Assembly (NCBI GenBank): GCA_964019335.1
Contig: OZ025656.1
Span: forward strand, 682,001 to 746,000
Length of the DNA: 64,000 bases
Direction of reading: 5' to 3'
Origin: Diplonema japonicum
Taxonomy: Eukaryota; Protista; Euglenozoa: Diplonemea
The notes below the pieces were generated by a model. It searched no databases, was not told the origin of the DNA, and saw nothing but the letters and a program-made list of their open reading frames with translations. Within the stretch, counting starts at the first letter, position 1. Every line of letters begins with the position of its first letter. Positions 32,101 to 43,354 of the stretch are shown here, piece by piece. The position numbers and the translations under genes are program-made.

Positions 32101-33770
32101 TTGCACAGCAGGCTGAGCACATTGCCTTTGCACAGGAAGAAGGTGTCATTCGAAAGTCAATCGGAAAAGAGTGGAGCGACTCGTTCTCGGGGATACAACG
32201 CAAAGCAGTACGGGCCGCCTTCCGCTTGTGGAGGACAGAAGAGGAGACGAGAAGCAAGCACAGCGTACACATCCGGAAATTGAAACAGCACAGGACCAAG
32301 GCAGTTTTACAACAGCAGAAGCTTGTTGCTGAGATGAATCAGCAATCCTCTTTACAGAGGGTTGTAATCGAAGAGCATTGCTATCGTTTGAAGCTAGCAA
32401 GGATTGTGTCCGAAGACTTGGCGTCGTTGTCCAGAAGGGAGAAGCTTGCAGCTAAGAAGCACATGATCGTAGGTGAGGTTATCGATAGACGGTTGATGGA
32501 AGCAAGGGAATCACAGGCAATGGAGTCGATGAAGCACAAGCTACGGCAGGGAAGGTCGTTCCTTGACCTGTGCAACATTACAGGCGATGCCATCACTAAC
32601 CGCTACACGAGAAACATCAAGCACCAGATCAAGAGCCACCTCATGCACACACTGAAGCTTGAGGAAGTGGAACGTGAAGAAACCATGAAGGCAGAAGACA
32701 CACTTCGAGTGGGGCTTGTCCGCATGTACAGGTCTGCAGCTGTCGATGCGTGGGAGAGATCGAAGGCAGGTGATGAGAGACGTCGGGTTGCCAAGGATAC
32801 ATCCAAGAGATGGAAGAAGCACCTCAAAGAGCGAGAGCAGACGCAGGCACTCATATCAGCGCACAAAGCGAAGCAGGCTGCGGAACGGGATCTAGAAGCT
32901 TTCAGAAATGATGAGCGCAAGACAAGGCGCCGGATGCTTGTGAGCGAGGGAAACGAGCTGTCGGACATCAGGTTGGCTCTCTACAGGCACAATCCGCCTG
33001 TGATGCAGCGGGCACAACCTCAAGGTAAACGGTCGCCACGTCCACGTCCCAAAGCCTCGCCAATGTCGCGATCCTTTACAACGTCACTGTCAAGTGCACT
33101 ATCCCCAGTCTCTGCTAGTGAAGAAAGAAATACAAACAGCAGGCAAAGCGTCTCTCGCAGTTACGTGGATGACACCCAGAGCAGTGATGGATCGCAGAGT
33201 GCCGACGACACAGAAGCAAAGATGGATGAGAAGGTTTCAGGTATTCAATCTGAAGCGGAGAGTGAGGTAAGCAAGGGAGACACTGAAGCAAGGGGAGAGG
33301 AAGAACGAGATGGCGGAGATGAGAAAAGCGAAGAGACAGCTGAAAGACTCGAGCAAGACAATGAAAAAGAACAGGATAAAGAAGGTAAAGAAACAGATGA
33401 AAAGAACGAGTTAGGAGGCGGGGGTACAGAAGATGGGCTCAAGGTGGAACATGAGAAAAAAGAAGGCGTGAGGGAGGGCGAAGAAGCATGTCAGCCGCAC
33501 GAAGAAGAAAAGGAGGATGATGCTGCTGAATTACAGGAAAAAACGTCGGAGGAAAGAGCTCCAAGTGAATTGGAAGGTGATAGCGATGGGGGTACGTTCT
33601 CACCGCCCTCTTCTGCCACAACAGTAGCATCACCGCACAGCACCTCGATCTCACCAAAGAGCACAGTGACAGCAGATGAGACCATCGCAAGCAGGCACCT
33701 ACGCAGCGAAGATACCTCGATGCCCAACGGCTCGTACACAGACGATCTCTTCGAAGAAGGAGACCCGTAG
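29171..33770 (+). CDS. F-box protein with degenerate MLLE/PABC-like helical domain and long charged coiled coil (about 1518 aa if spliced)
   Basis: SDVLTLIFRYLPAPKLEQITTTCKRWAALI (F-box, ~29825-29935). Intron 30858-30900 joins the two overlapping ORFs in frame. A two-gene alternative remains possible. Confidence 0.65.
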
Positions 33771-33839
33771 CTTGGAGCTTTATACATTTCTATTTTCTAT
33801 CTTTCTTATCTCCATTGCTGCTATTGTACTCCAACAGGA

Positions 33840-34706
33840 ATGAGAGCGGCAATACAAACACGCCGTGTCTACACAAAGCCATGTCTGGACATGGTGCAGC
33901 ATATGAGCAAGGAGCCAAAGCTGAAAGATAAGGTGTGTGTCATTAGCGGTGCCTCTCGAGGGTTTGGGCAGGCCATTGCGGTGAGGTTAGTTGAAGAAGG
34001 TGCGAAGGTAGCGCTTCTGTCAGGTGAAGGGCACGAGGAAACATGCAATGCCATTAGTAGCATCAGGGGCTTCGAGGGGAAGGTTGGTGATGTGGCGTTC
34101 GGCGCATCGGGTGACATATCAAAAGAAGAGGACTGCGAGAGATTTATGAAAGAAGTGGAAGCGAGGTGGGGCTGCACAGACGTGCTGGTAAACAATGCTT
34201 GCAAGTTTGTGTTCTCCAACGTCGAGGACTCCGAGGCAGGCATGTGGGACGAGACATGCAGGGTGAACATCAAGGGCCACGCGCTGCTCACGAAGCACGC
34301 CATCCCGCACATGAAAGCTAATGGCGGCGGTGCAATAGTGTTCCAAGGTTCCATCTCCTCTTACCTCGCACAGCCCAACTGCACTACGTACTCAACAGTC
34401 AAGGCGGCTATCGTGCAGATGGCAAGGAGCTGTGCTTACGATCTCGCAAAGTACGACATACGTGTGAACAGCATCTGCGCTGGAACGATCGAGACACCCA
34501 TCAGTCAGGTTGAACGCGATTCCCATAAGTGGTCATACGAGGAATGGGAGAAGCTCAAGACAAAGGACGTGATGCTGCAACGGGTGGGCACCGTCAGAGA
34601 GGTCGCCAATGCCGCACTGTTCCTCACGTGCAACGAAAGCTCCTATTGCACAGGCACGCACTTGTTCGTCGATGGTGGTCAGACCTCGTGTACGGTAATG
34701 GCATGA
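33840..34706 (+). CDS. Classical short-chain dehydrogenase/reductase
   Basis: SGASRGFG, DVLVNNA, S…YSTVK, IRVNSICAG and TGTHLFVDGG. The short basic N-terminus resembles a mitochondrial presequence. Confidence 0.92.
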   Translation: MRAAIQTRRVYTKPCLDMVQHMSKEPKLKDKVCVISGASRGFGQAIAVRLVEEGAKVALLSGEGHEETCNAISSIRGFEGKVGDVAFGASGDISKEEDCERFMKEVEARWGCTDVLVNNACKFVFSNVEDSEAGMWDETCRVNIKGHALLTKHAIPHMKANGGGAIVFQGSISSYLAQPNCTTYSTVKAAIVQMARSCAYDLAKYDIRVNSICAGTIETPISQVERDSHKWSYEEWEKLKTKDVMLQRVGTVREVANAALFLTCNESSYCTGTHLFVDGGQTSCTVMA

Positions 34707-34881
34707 GAAGCCCCCACCACCGCATTCTAGCTCATAACCTCTCACATTAACGCGTTTGTACTTGCTCCTTCGTTAGCATGATCCGAGCTTATCTTTATAC
34801 GCACACACCACCTTCACAGTCGGTGTCTTACTCTCAGAGTGTAGCCTTTGTATTGCTATAGACACACAAGTCACACAGGAA

Positions 34882-36330
34882 ATGAAGGGCTTATGTGTGT
34901 GGATGTGTGTTGTGTGGGCGGCATGTGGTGTGGAGATTTCATTAACGCGTACCAAGGGTGTTGTGACTAGAACCGTGAAGGACCTTGAGGACGTGCACAT
35001 CGGTACGGTGAGAATTGGTGTCAGGAAGCCAGATGTGCCACTTATGATGCTCGACGCTCTCACGTACACCGATATCTCAATTGGTAGTGAGGGGAAGACA
35101 CTCCGTGTGATGATCGACTCGGGGAGCAGCACACTGGCGGTGCCAGGGCAGACGTGCAACTTTAAGAGGTGTGTCACTTGTTTTTACTCTTCGGCTACAT
35201 CGACTAGTGCACGGGACCTAGCGTGCCCGTCGACCACGTGCAAGATGCAGCGATGCTCCAAGCAAGGTACCTGTCCATTTAAAGTATTCTACGCTGACAA
35301 GACTGGCGAGAACGGCACCATTGTAAGCGACACAATCACCTTGGGTGCATTCACCGCAGAGGGCGTCTTGTTCGGTAAGATGACTGGAGAATACGGCACA
35401 GAAGCGTCCGCATACAAGTCGCTTGGCGTGGATGGCATCCTCGGCATTGCGGGGAAGAGACTGAACTTTATCCCAATGAATGAGCCCACACTGATCGACG
35501 TTATTATTGAACAATACAAGCTGCCCAACCTGCTTGGGATCTCAGTCGGTGTGCAGGGCAAAGAGGGCAGCGGCACGCTCACAATAGGAAGCATTAACGA
35601 TGCTAGGTACCAAGGAGACCTCAAGTGGACAATGATGAATGCTGAGGCGTTCTACGTGGTACGCCCTCGATGTCTGTCTGTGGAAAGCACCGTTGTTGCC
35701 GATACTGAGGACAGCTTTGGTCGGTTAACCATCGTTGACACTGGCACCACGTACACCTTCCTCCCAGGGCCTGTGTACATGGAGATCGTGAGCGTCCTGT
35801 CAACGAAGTATTCTCACCTTCCGTTCGTGGACCCCACGGCAGAGCAGAGTATCTTCAAACCAGGGATGTGTTTTACCATCAAGGTTACTATGTTTCCTGT
35901 CTTGCATTTCACCTTTGTCGATGGTGTCGTGGCGTCTGTCCCCCCCGAGAACTACTTCATCCAAGCGCATCAACATGGCTTGACATATAACTGTTTCGGC
36001 ATAGCTCCAAGTGACGACGGTAGTTACACGTTCAACGAGCCGTCGCAGACCATCCTCGGTGACTCTTTTATGTCTGCGTTTTACATCGTCTTCAACAGAG
36101 ACAACAGCTCTATGGGCATCGCGCCTGCCAAGGGCACCAGGGAGGTACCTACCACAAGCGGTGTCTGTGCCCTCGGTAAGCTTGTCATCCCTGCGCCCTC
36201 CAATGCCCTGCCCTACATCTCGTTCGCGTGCTTAGGTGTCGGTTTGTTGTACAAGATATGCTTCAGGCGTAAGCACCACAGTGTCCCGATGGCATCTCAA
36301 GCCCATCACAAGTCGTATGGTGCGTGCTGA
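34882..36330 (+). CDS. A1 (pepsin-like) aspartic protease with signal peptide and C-terminal TM anchor
   Basis: DSGS and DTGT catalytic motifs, DGILG, ILGDSFM, a Cys-rich insert and hydrophobic ends. Confidence 0.92.
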   Translation: MKGLCVWMCVVWAACGVEISLTRTKGVVTRTVKDLEDVHIGTVRIGVRKPDVPLMMLDALTYTDISIGSEGKTLRVMIDSGSSTLAVPGQTCNFKRCVTCFYSSATSTSARDLACPSTTCKMQRCSKQGTCPFKVFYADKTGENGTIVSDTITLGAFTAEGVLFGKMTGEYGTEASAYKSLGVDGILGIAGKRLNFIPMNEPTLIDVIIEQYKLPNLLGISVGVQGKEGSGTLTIGSINDARYQGDLKWTMMNAEAFYVVRPRCLSVESTVVADTEDSFGRLTIVDTGTTYTFLPGPVYMEIVSVLSTKYSHLPFVDPTAEQSIFKPGMCFTIKVTMFPVLHFTFVDGVVASVPPENYFIQAHQHGLTYNCFGIAPSDDGSYTFNEPSQTILGDSFMSAFYIVFNRDNSSMGIAPAKGTREVPTTSGVCALGKLVIPAPSNALPYISFACLGVGLLYKICFRRKHHSVPMASQAHHKSYGAC

Positions 36331-36680
36331 CGTTGCTTTAAGCATTTGCTATTCACACAGGGCAAGTAATGAGTTGTTTTATTAAAGTCGCCAAACTAGT
36401 TTTTTCGTTTCTTTTTTTTTCAATCTGCCAAAAGCTGTTCAGACACGTAAGGGCGGCAGCATTAATCAAAGGGTCACTGTGAGCTGGGTGGTATATTAAC
36501 GTTAACACTTGTATTTTAAGGCTTTTGAAGCTGGCGTTTTTAGAGGTCCAATTTGTTTTAAAGCGCCAACACCGGCCTCCTTTAACTCATATATATATAT
36601 TATAAACCCATGTAGCTCTGTCCACACGCACACAGGTGGTTACACTTTGCTTTAAAAGGAAGAAAGAAAGAAAAGAAAAG

Positions 36681-38351
36681 ATGTCCAGAGCATTCTCGCA
36701 GGTTCAGCACAACAGCTTTCTCGACATCTACAGCGACCCTCCCAACGACCATGAGTGGTTGAGGGCGAATAAGATTGTGTGCACCATCGGGCCGAAGACG
36801 CAGGATGTCGAGAGCTTGAAAAGCCTAATGAAGGTGGGGCTTGCGGTTGTGAGAAATAATTTCTCGCACGGGACATACGAGTACCACGAGAAGACGATTG
36901 CCAACGCACGACAGGCGGCAAAGGAGCTGGGGAAGCATGACATTGCCATTGCTTTGGACACCAAGGGGCCAGAGATCAGGACAGGCAACTTCCCCGGCGG
37001 TGAGGTGATGCTGAATGTAGGTGACAAGGTTAAGGTAACAACGGACAGGGAGTACTACGACAAGGGGACCAAAGAGATGTTCTACGTGGACTACACAAAC
37101 ATCACGAAGGTGATGAAGGCAGGGCAGCAAATCTTCATCGACGACGGTCTCCTGTCCTTGAAGGTCGAAGAGGTTGGTGACAACTTCCTGCAATGCGTCG
37201 TTGTGAACGCAGCACCCATCAGCAGCCACAAGGGTGTCAATCTACCCAACGTTGCTGTTGACCTTCCCGCCGTCACCGAGAAGGACAAGAAGGACTTGGA
37301 GTTCGGTGCCGAACAGGGCGTCGATATGGTGTTCGCGTCATTCATCAGAACAGCAGAGCAGGTGAAGGATGTGAGGGCGGCTTTGGGGGAGAAGGGGAAG
37401 AACATTCTTATCATTTCAAAAATTGAGAACCACGAAGGTGTCAGAAACTTCGACGGGATCCTTGCTGAGAGCGACGGCATCATGGTGGCAAGGGGCGACC
37501 TGGGTATCGAGATCGCCGCGGAAAAGGTTTTCGTGGCGCAGAAAATGATGATCTCGAAATGCAACATGGCAGGGAAGCCTGTCATCTGCGCCACACAGAT
37601 GCTTGAGTCCATGACGAAGAACCCAAGGCCCACACGTGCTGAGGTGTCAGACGTTGCGAACGCAGTCTTGGACGGTGCCGACTGCGTGATGCTCAGCGGG
37701 GAGACTGCCAAGGGTGCCTACCCTGTGGAGTGCGTCAAGACAATGGCGGACATCTGCCAAGAAGGACAGAACGCGACACAGGAATCCCTCATGTTCACGT
37801 CTATCAGACAGCTGCAGCACCAGGTGGAGATCGAGGTATACAACACATGACACGACCTATCGTTCATTGCAACACTCCACAGGAATCCATTGCAGCAAGC
37901 AGTGTTAACTCGGCATTCGAGCTTCAGTGCCGCTGCATCATTGTGCTGACCAACTCCGGGAAGACCGCACGTCTCATTGCAAAGTACAGGCCGCCGTGCC
38001 CTATTTTCTGTGTCACGAAGAACCCCGAAGTATGCCGCCAAAGAAGAAAGATTACGACTCTTAAATAGACCGCCCGTCAGTTGTCTATCACTCGTGCGTG
38101 CTACAGCTACCTGTACACTGGCGAGGAGGACCCTGATAGAATGAAGCGTGTGCAGGCTGCTCTTGATGTATGTTTCTTGCGTTGTATATTAAATAACACC
38201 TCTAGGAATTGAAAGCAAAGAATTTCTTGAAGGAGGGCCACAAGGTGATCTTGATTCATGCCGATGCCGGGACTACGGGTATGTACTTTGGGGATGACAG
38301 TATGACAAACAATTAGGTTTCGCAAACCAGACGCGTGTGATCGAGATCTAA
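36681..38351 (+). CDS. PYK: Pyruvate kinase (5 exons)
   Basis: [31 protein letters not shown] and CATQMLESM. Introns 37836-37882, 38030-38068, 38168-38205 and 38279-38316. C-terminus [19 protein letters not shown] is trypanosomatid-like. Confidence 0.97.
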
Positions 38352-39024
38352 AAGAAGGGTGGTGTTTTTTTTTTTTTTTTTTCTTGCTCTTTTTTGGGAG
38401 ATTCCGTTTTTGATTTAAATTTATTTCCCCCACCCCCTTTTATTCGTGCGTGTGGGCGGCTGATAGCCGCCACCATTTCCTCTCTTTGAATTTTTTTGTT
38501 TTCTTTTAAAGAAAAGAAAAGAAAGAGTTACCCCCCCCCCCCCCCCCCCCCTGATACAGCCACATGGAAAAAAAAAAGAAAAGAGATACGCCCAAAAGAA
38601 GGAAAAAGAAAAAGAAAACTATTACGACCGCATTCGCAACATAAAAATAATTTTAAGGCAAACTGCTCCCTGGAAGACAAATATATAAAAAAAAAAGAAA
38701 AGAAGGTGTCTCTACGCTCAGGGCTGCCACCCCCTCCCCTACCATCTCTTTTGCCTTTCTTTCTTCTTGGAGGGCAGGACTCATTTAAAAAAAAAAGAAA
38801 ACCATCGTATCTTGTATAACAAACAAGGAGGGTGCCACCCTTCTCTGTCTCTACTCTTCTTTCTTAGCTTCTGCTGACTCCTACTTCTCTGGTTGGAGTT
38901 TTTTTCTCTTTTCTTTTTTTCCCTGTTTCTTCTCTTTCAGTATTTACGTTAGCCTTTTGGTGATGCTTGTTGGGTAGTTTTCCCATCACCCTCACCTTCA
39001 CCCTTACCCCCAAGGGAACACACT

Positions 39025-40968
39025 ATGGGCCGGAGAAGTGAGTCGCCAGAAAGGAGAAGACGGCGGCGAAGATCGACATCCACTACAAGCACCTCTACAA
39101 GTGACAGCTATGACAGAAGGCGGAGGAGAAGAAGGCGGCGCTCACGATCTCCACGAAAGGAGAAGCCTTCCATGGATATGATAGCAGCGTATGTAGGCTA
39201 AGGGGCCATGGGGTCCGAGCCAAGTGCTTAGAAAAAAAAAATAAGAAAACGTAGCGGACCAACAACAGGGAGATGTTATCCACTGCAAAGGAAACGGAAC
39301 AGCTGGACGAAGAGAAACTCCGGAAGTTCAACCAAGGTGCGTCTCCACTACACCCCCTCTTCATTTTCTCATCTTGACAGGGACATTTGGCTACAGAAGC
39401 TCTCTGAAGAAGAAACGACAGGACGAGAAGAAAAAAGAAGAAGAGGCGGCGGCGGCGATGGCGGATGTGATTGGGAAGTTTGGTATGCAACGGAGGCAAC
39501 TGCAAGCACACGACAGGGGGTGACGAGGATACTAATAGGTTCGTTCAAAGCAGTACGAAGATGGTGAACGGGAGGATGACCGACGAGGGTGGGAAAGGAA
39601 TGGACTATAAGATGAAACCCAGCGATTGGAGAAGCGACAAAGACCAAGAGAGGGATGTTACAAGAGACAAGGATAGGAACAGGGGCAGAGACAGGGATTG
39701 GGATAGGGATAAGGATAGAGATCGGGATAGAAATAGGGTGCGGCACAGCAACACACTTGAGGCCTCCCGGAAGAACTCAAAGTGGAAGAGCCGTGTCGGC
39801 AACGCAGACCCGGACAGCTTCGACACGCAGAAGAAGCAAGAGCCCTCTGGTGACTTTGAACCTGTACAGCACGGTGTCGTCCCACAGCAGACCACCACAC
39901 TGCATTTCGCGCACGTACCTGGCGATCTGACTGCAGAGGACGAGCTTGCTGCGCTTTGCGGGCAATACGGTGCCCTTGGCGGCCTTGCTATCCGCAAGAC
40001 CCCTAACAACTCCCACGAGGCGAAGGTGACATACATGTTGTGGGAGGACGCTTCGGCAGCCTATAGTGCGCTCTGCACAAAATTCAGTCTTGGGTGGGCA
40101 CCGCCATCGAAAGTACCTCCTTACCCGTGGTACATCCACCTCACTTTGAGGACGCACGACACGATGCTGCAGAGGTACAACATGCCGAGGGTAAATGTTG
40201 ACACAAGCATCTCACCAAAGATACGTAAGCTCATTGACATCACTGCCAGATCTGTTGTGAAGCACGGTCCGGAGTTCGAGGAGGCGCTGAAAGGGAGGGA
40301 GGCACACAACCCGTGCTTTGCCTTCATGCAGTCACCTTATGACACGGCGGAGCACACGTACTACAGGTGGAGGCTGTTCTCGTTGTACCAGGGCGACAAC
40401 ATGGCACAGTGGAGAACAGTCCCGTTCCAGATGTTCTATGGAGGGGCCGTGTGGACCCCCCCAAGCTGTGGGGAAATGAGGGAAAGAGTGGGAAAAGGCG
40501 TCAGCAGTGAGAACCCGCTCAGTGAAGGAGACAAGGCAGCGTTCTTTGACATACTGCGCCAGCTGAAGCCTACGAACGAGTCTATTTGCGCTGCGATGAT
40601 GTTCTGCATGCAACGAGCGGCTGCGGCTGCAGAGCTTGCGGCTATCTTGGCAGATGCCTTGTCGCTTAAAGAAACCCCGAGCAACATGAAGCTCTCACGC
40701 CTGCACCTTCTGTCAGACGTCCTCCACAACTCAGCCTCTCGTGTGCATAGCGCGTCTCTCTTCCGCATCCACTTCCAGCAGAACCTCCCCAGAATCTTCA
40801 AAGGCCTCCACGCTACCACTGGTACCGATCCCCTCTTCCGTTCATCTGTCATGTCCCTCCTTCGTATTTGGAGCAAGTATGTTACTCACTGACCCCACTC
40901 ATCACTACCACAGTTGGCAGGTTTACCCTGAGGATTTCATTGCATCTCTTGCAATGGAGCTAAACTAG
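39025..40968 (+). CDS. U2SURP: U2 snRNP-associated SURP-motif protein (SR140): RS region, RRM, SURP, CID
   Basis: HGPEFE…NPCFAF…EHTYYRWRLFSL and KLSRLHLLSDVLHNS. Introns 39189-39268, 39337-39380, 39483-39516 and 40877-40913. Confidence 0.88.
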
Positions 40969-41201
40969 ACTATTATGAGCTATTTTCTTTTGAGAATACC
41001 CCTGAATGGGCAATGCTTCCCCCCCCCCCCCCCCCATCTGCTGTGCTCAAAGAGAAATTTGCCTATTCTTTATCCACAATTTTGTGAATAGAGAAGGAAG
41101 ACAAGGGAAGAAGTAAGCAGCTGTTCAGAGGTTTTTCTCTATTTGTTTTTAGTTGATCAGGGATCAGAGAAATCAAAACAGGACATCAAGACCAAAAGAA
41201 A

Positions 41202-43187
41202 ATGGCGCAACACCATGGCATCCACTTCGGTATGGACATCGACATCCCTGTAGCAGGCACTCCACTGCCGCCCCGCAGTGAGAGAGAGCCCCGCAAGTAC
41301 CCCTTACTCGACGAGGGGCTGAACACCATGCATGAGCAGGAGCTGGATTTCATTTGCCTTCCTTTGATGAGCGGTCACGGTTTCGAGCCTTTTGGCCGGT
41401 CGGCCAGATTGCTGAAAGTGACTTCGTGGTGCTCTATGGTTGTGGGTAAGGTTTCAACCTGGCATGGAAACACAATGCTGGACTACGACAGCGAAGACCC
41501 TGTGGTGGCACAGCTCAGTTGTGAGGTGCTCAAGAAGGAGATTGCGTACGCTGCGCACTCCACACTCCCGGCGGTGATGTTGGACTTGCCGAGGAAGCCC
41601 TCTCCCAACTTGGCGAGGATCATCATCTCTACGCTGCTAAAGTCACTATACCTCAACATCTGGATCCGCGTGCCCATGATGCTGGAGGACTCCATGGATG
41701 AGGAGGACAACAGCGCGTGGCTTGCTTGGAACTCGCTCCGCAGCTTGTGCCACAATCACAACAGGCTCAATGTCATCCTTGAGGTCACGGAGAACCTCCC
41801 CAAGAAGGCTATCTGCGAGAGATGGGTCGCCGAACCTGTGAAGGGCCTCATCGTGTCCACCTCGATTTTCGTCTTCGACAATGACTTGAAACTCCCCCAA
41901 GCGCACCTTGACTTCCTCATGATGATGCACAAGCACAAGTCGCAGGTTATCTTCACCGGCGATGTCCACCCCCGTATTGCCGCATCGGGGCTCGACTTTC
42001 GATACTACAAAAACTACATTGTGAACACCAAGGCGCAGATTAGCTATACCACCCAAGAGCAGGAGGAGATCCCTTACTTCGACTACCTCCAAGCACCTCT
42101 GCAGCCACTGATGGACAATCTGGAAAGTCAAACGTACGAGGTTTTTGAGAAGGACCCCATCAAGTATCTGAGGTACCAAGAGGCGACTGCCGCGGCGTTG
42201 CTTGACCTGAAGAAACTGATACCGGACAGACCGATAGTGGTGATGGTGGTGGGTGCAGGGAGGGGGCCGCTGGTGAAGCGTGCTCTGATTGCAGCGGATG
42301 AAATGGGTGTGGAAGTGAAGATGTATGCTGTGGAGAAGAACCCGAACGCGGTGGTGACATTGAAAGGGATGCTGAGGGAGAAGGACTGGTCGGACAGGGT
42401 GGAGATCATCGAGAGTGATATGAGGGTGTGGGAGTCACCTGACAAGGCTGATGTGATGATCAGCGAGCTGCTGGGTTCCTTCGGAGACAACGAGCTGTCG
42501 CCTGAGTGCCTTGACGGTGCTGAGAGGTTCCTCAACAAGGACACAGGCATCATGATTCCGGAGTCTTACAGGTCGTACGTTGCACCCCTTCAGAGCCACA
42601 AGCTCCACACCGACGTGCTTGCTTATGATGACATTACTCACATTGAAACCGCTTACGTGGTGAAGATTCACTCGGGGTACCTCATCGCCCCCCCGCAGGA
42701 ATGCTTTGAGTACATTCACCCCAAGCCTCCTCTTCCCTACCCACAGACGAACGACAGGATGCTTTCCCTCAAATTCAAGGTGTGAGCAGCACTCATAACC
42801 AGACAACCACACAACAGGTCGAGGACGATGCGCTATGCCATGGCTTCGCTGGGTACTTCCACGCGACGCTCTACAAGGACATCTATATCAGCATGTATGT
42901 TCTGGGATTCACGGTTTAACCTCACCACAGCCACCCTGATACCTTCTCCGAAGGCATGTTCAGCTGGTTCCCGATTTACTTCCCCATAAAGACCCCTATG
43001 CTGCTTCGCAAGGGGGACGAGCTCACCGTTGTGTACTGGAGAGTTACGGGCAACGGAAAGGTATAGTTTTAGTTTTTTGTATCTATCATTTTTTTTTATC
43101 CAGGTGTGGTATGAGTGGTGTGTCTCCACCCCCAACCCATCCCCCGTGCACAACCCTAATGGGAGAAGCTACTGGGTTGGGCTCTGA
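41202..43187 (+). CDS. PRMT5: Protein arginine N-methyltransferase 5
   Basis: [53 protein letters not shown] and GMFSWFP. Introns 42780-42817, 42895-42930 and 43061-43103. Confidence 0.96.
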
Positions 43188-43354
43188 AAACGTTGATCAG
43201 CAGGGGAATGAACCGCCTCTTACAGTGTGGGGCCAGAACTGTGTTTATTTTTCTTATTTTGCCCTTTTTCTATTAAGAAAGGGTTAGTAATTGCGAGGGG
43301 TTCTTATTGTCCCCCAGTTTAGCAGCCTTCGGAAATACCGTCAGAAGTTCTTAA

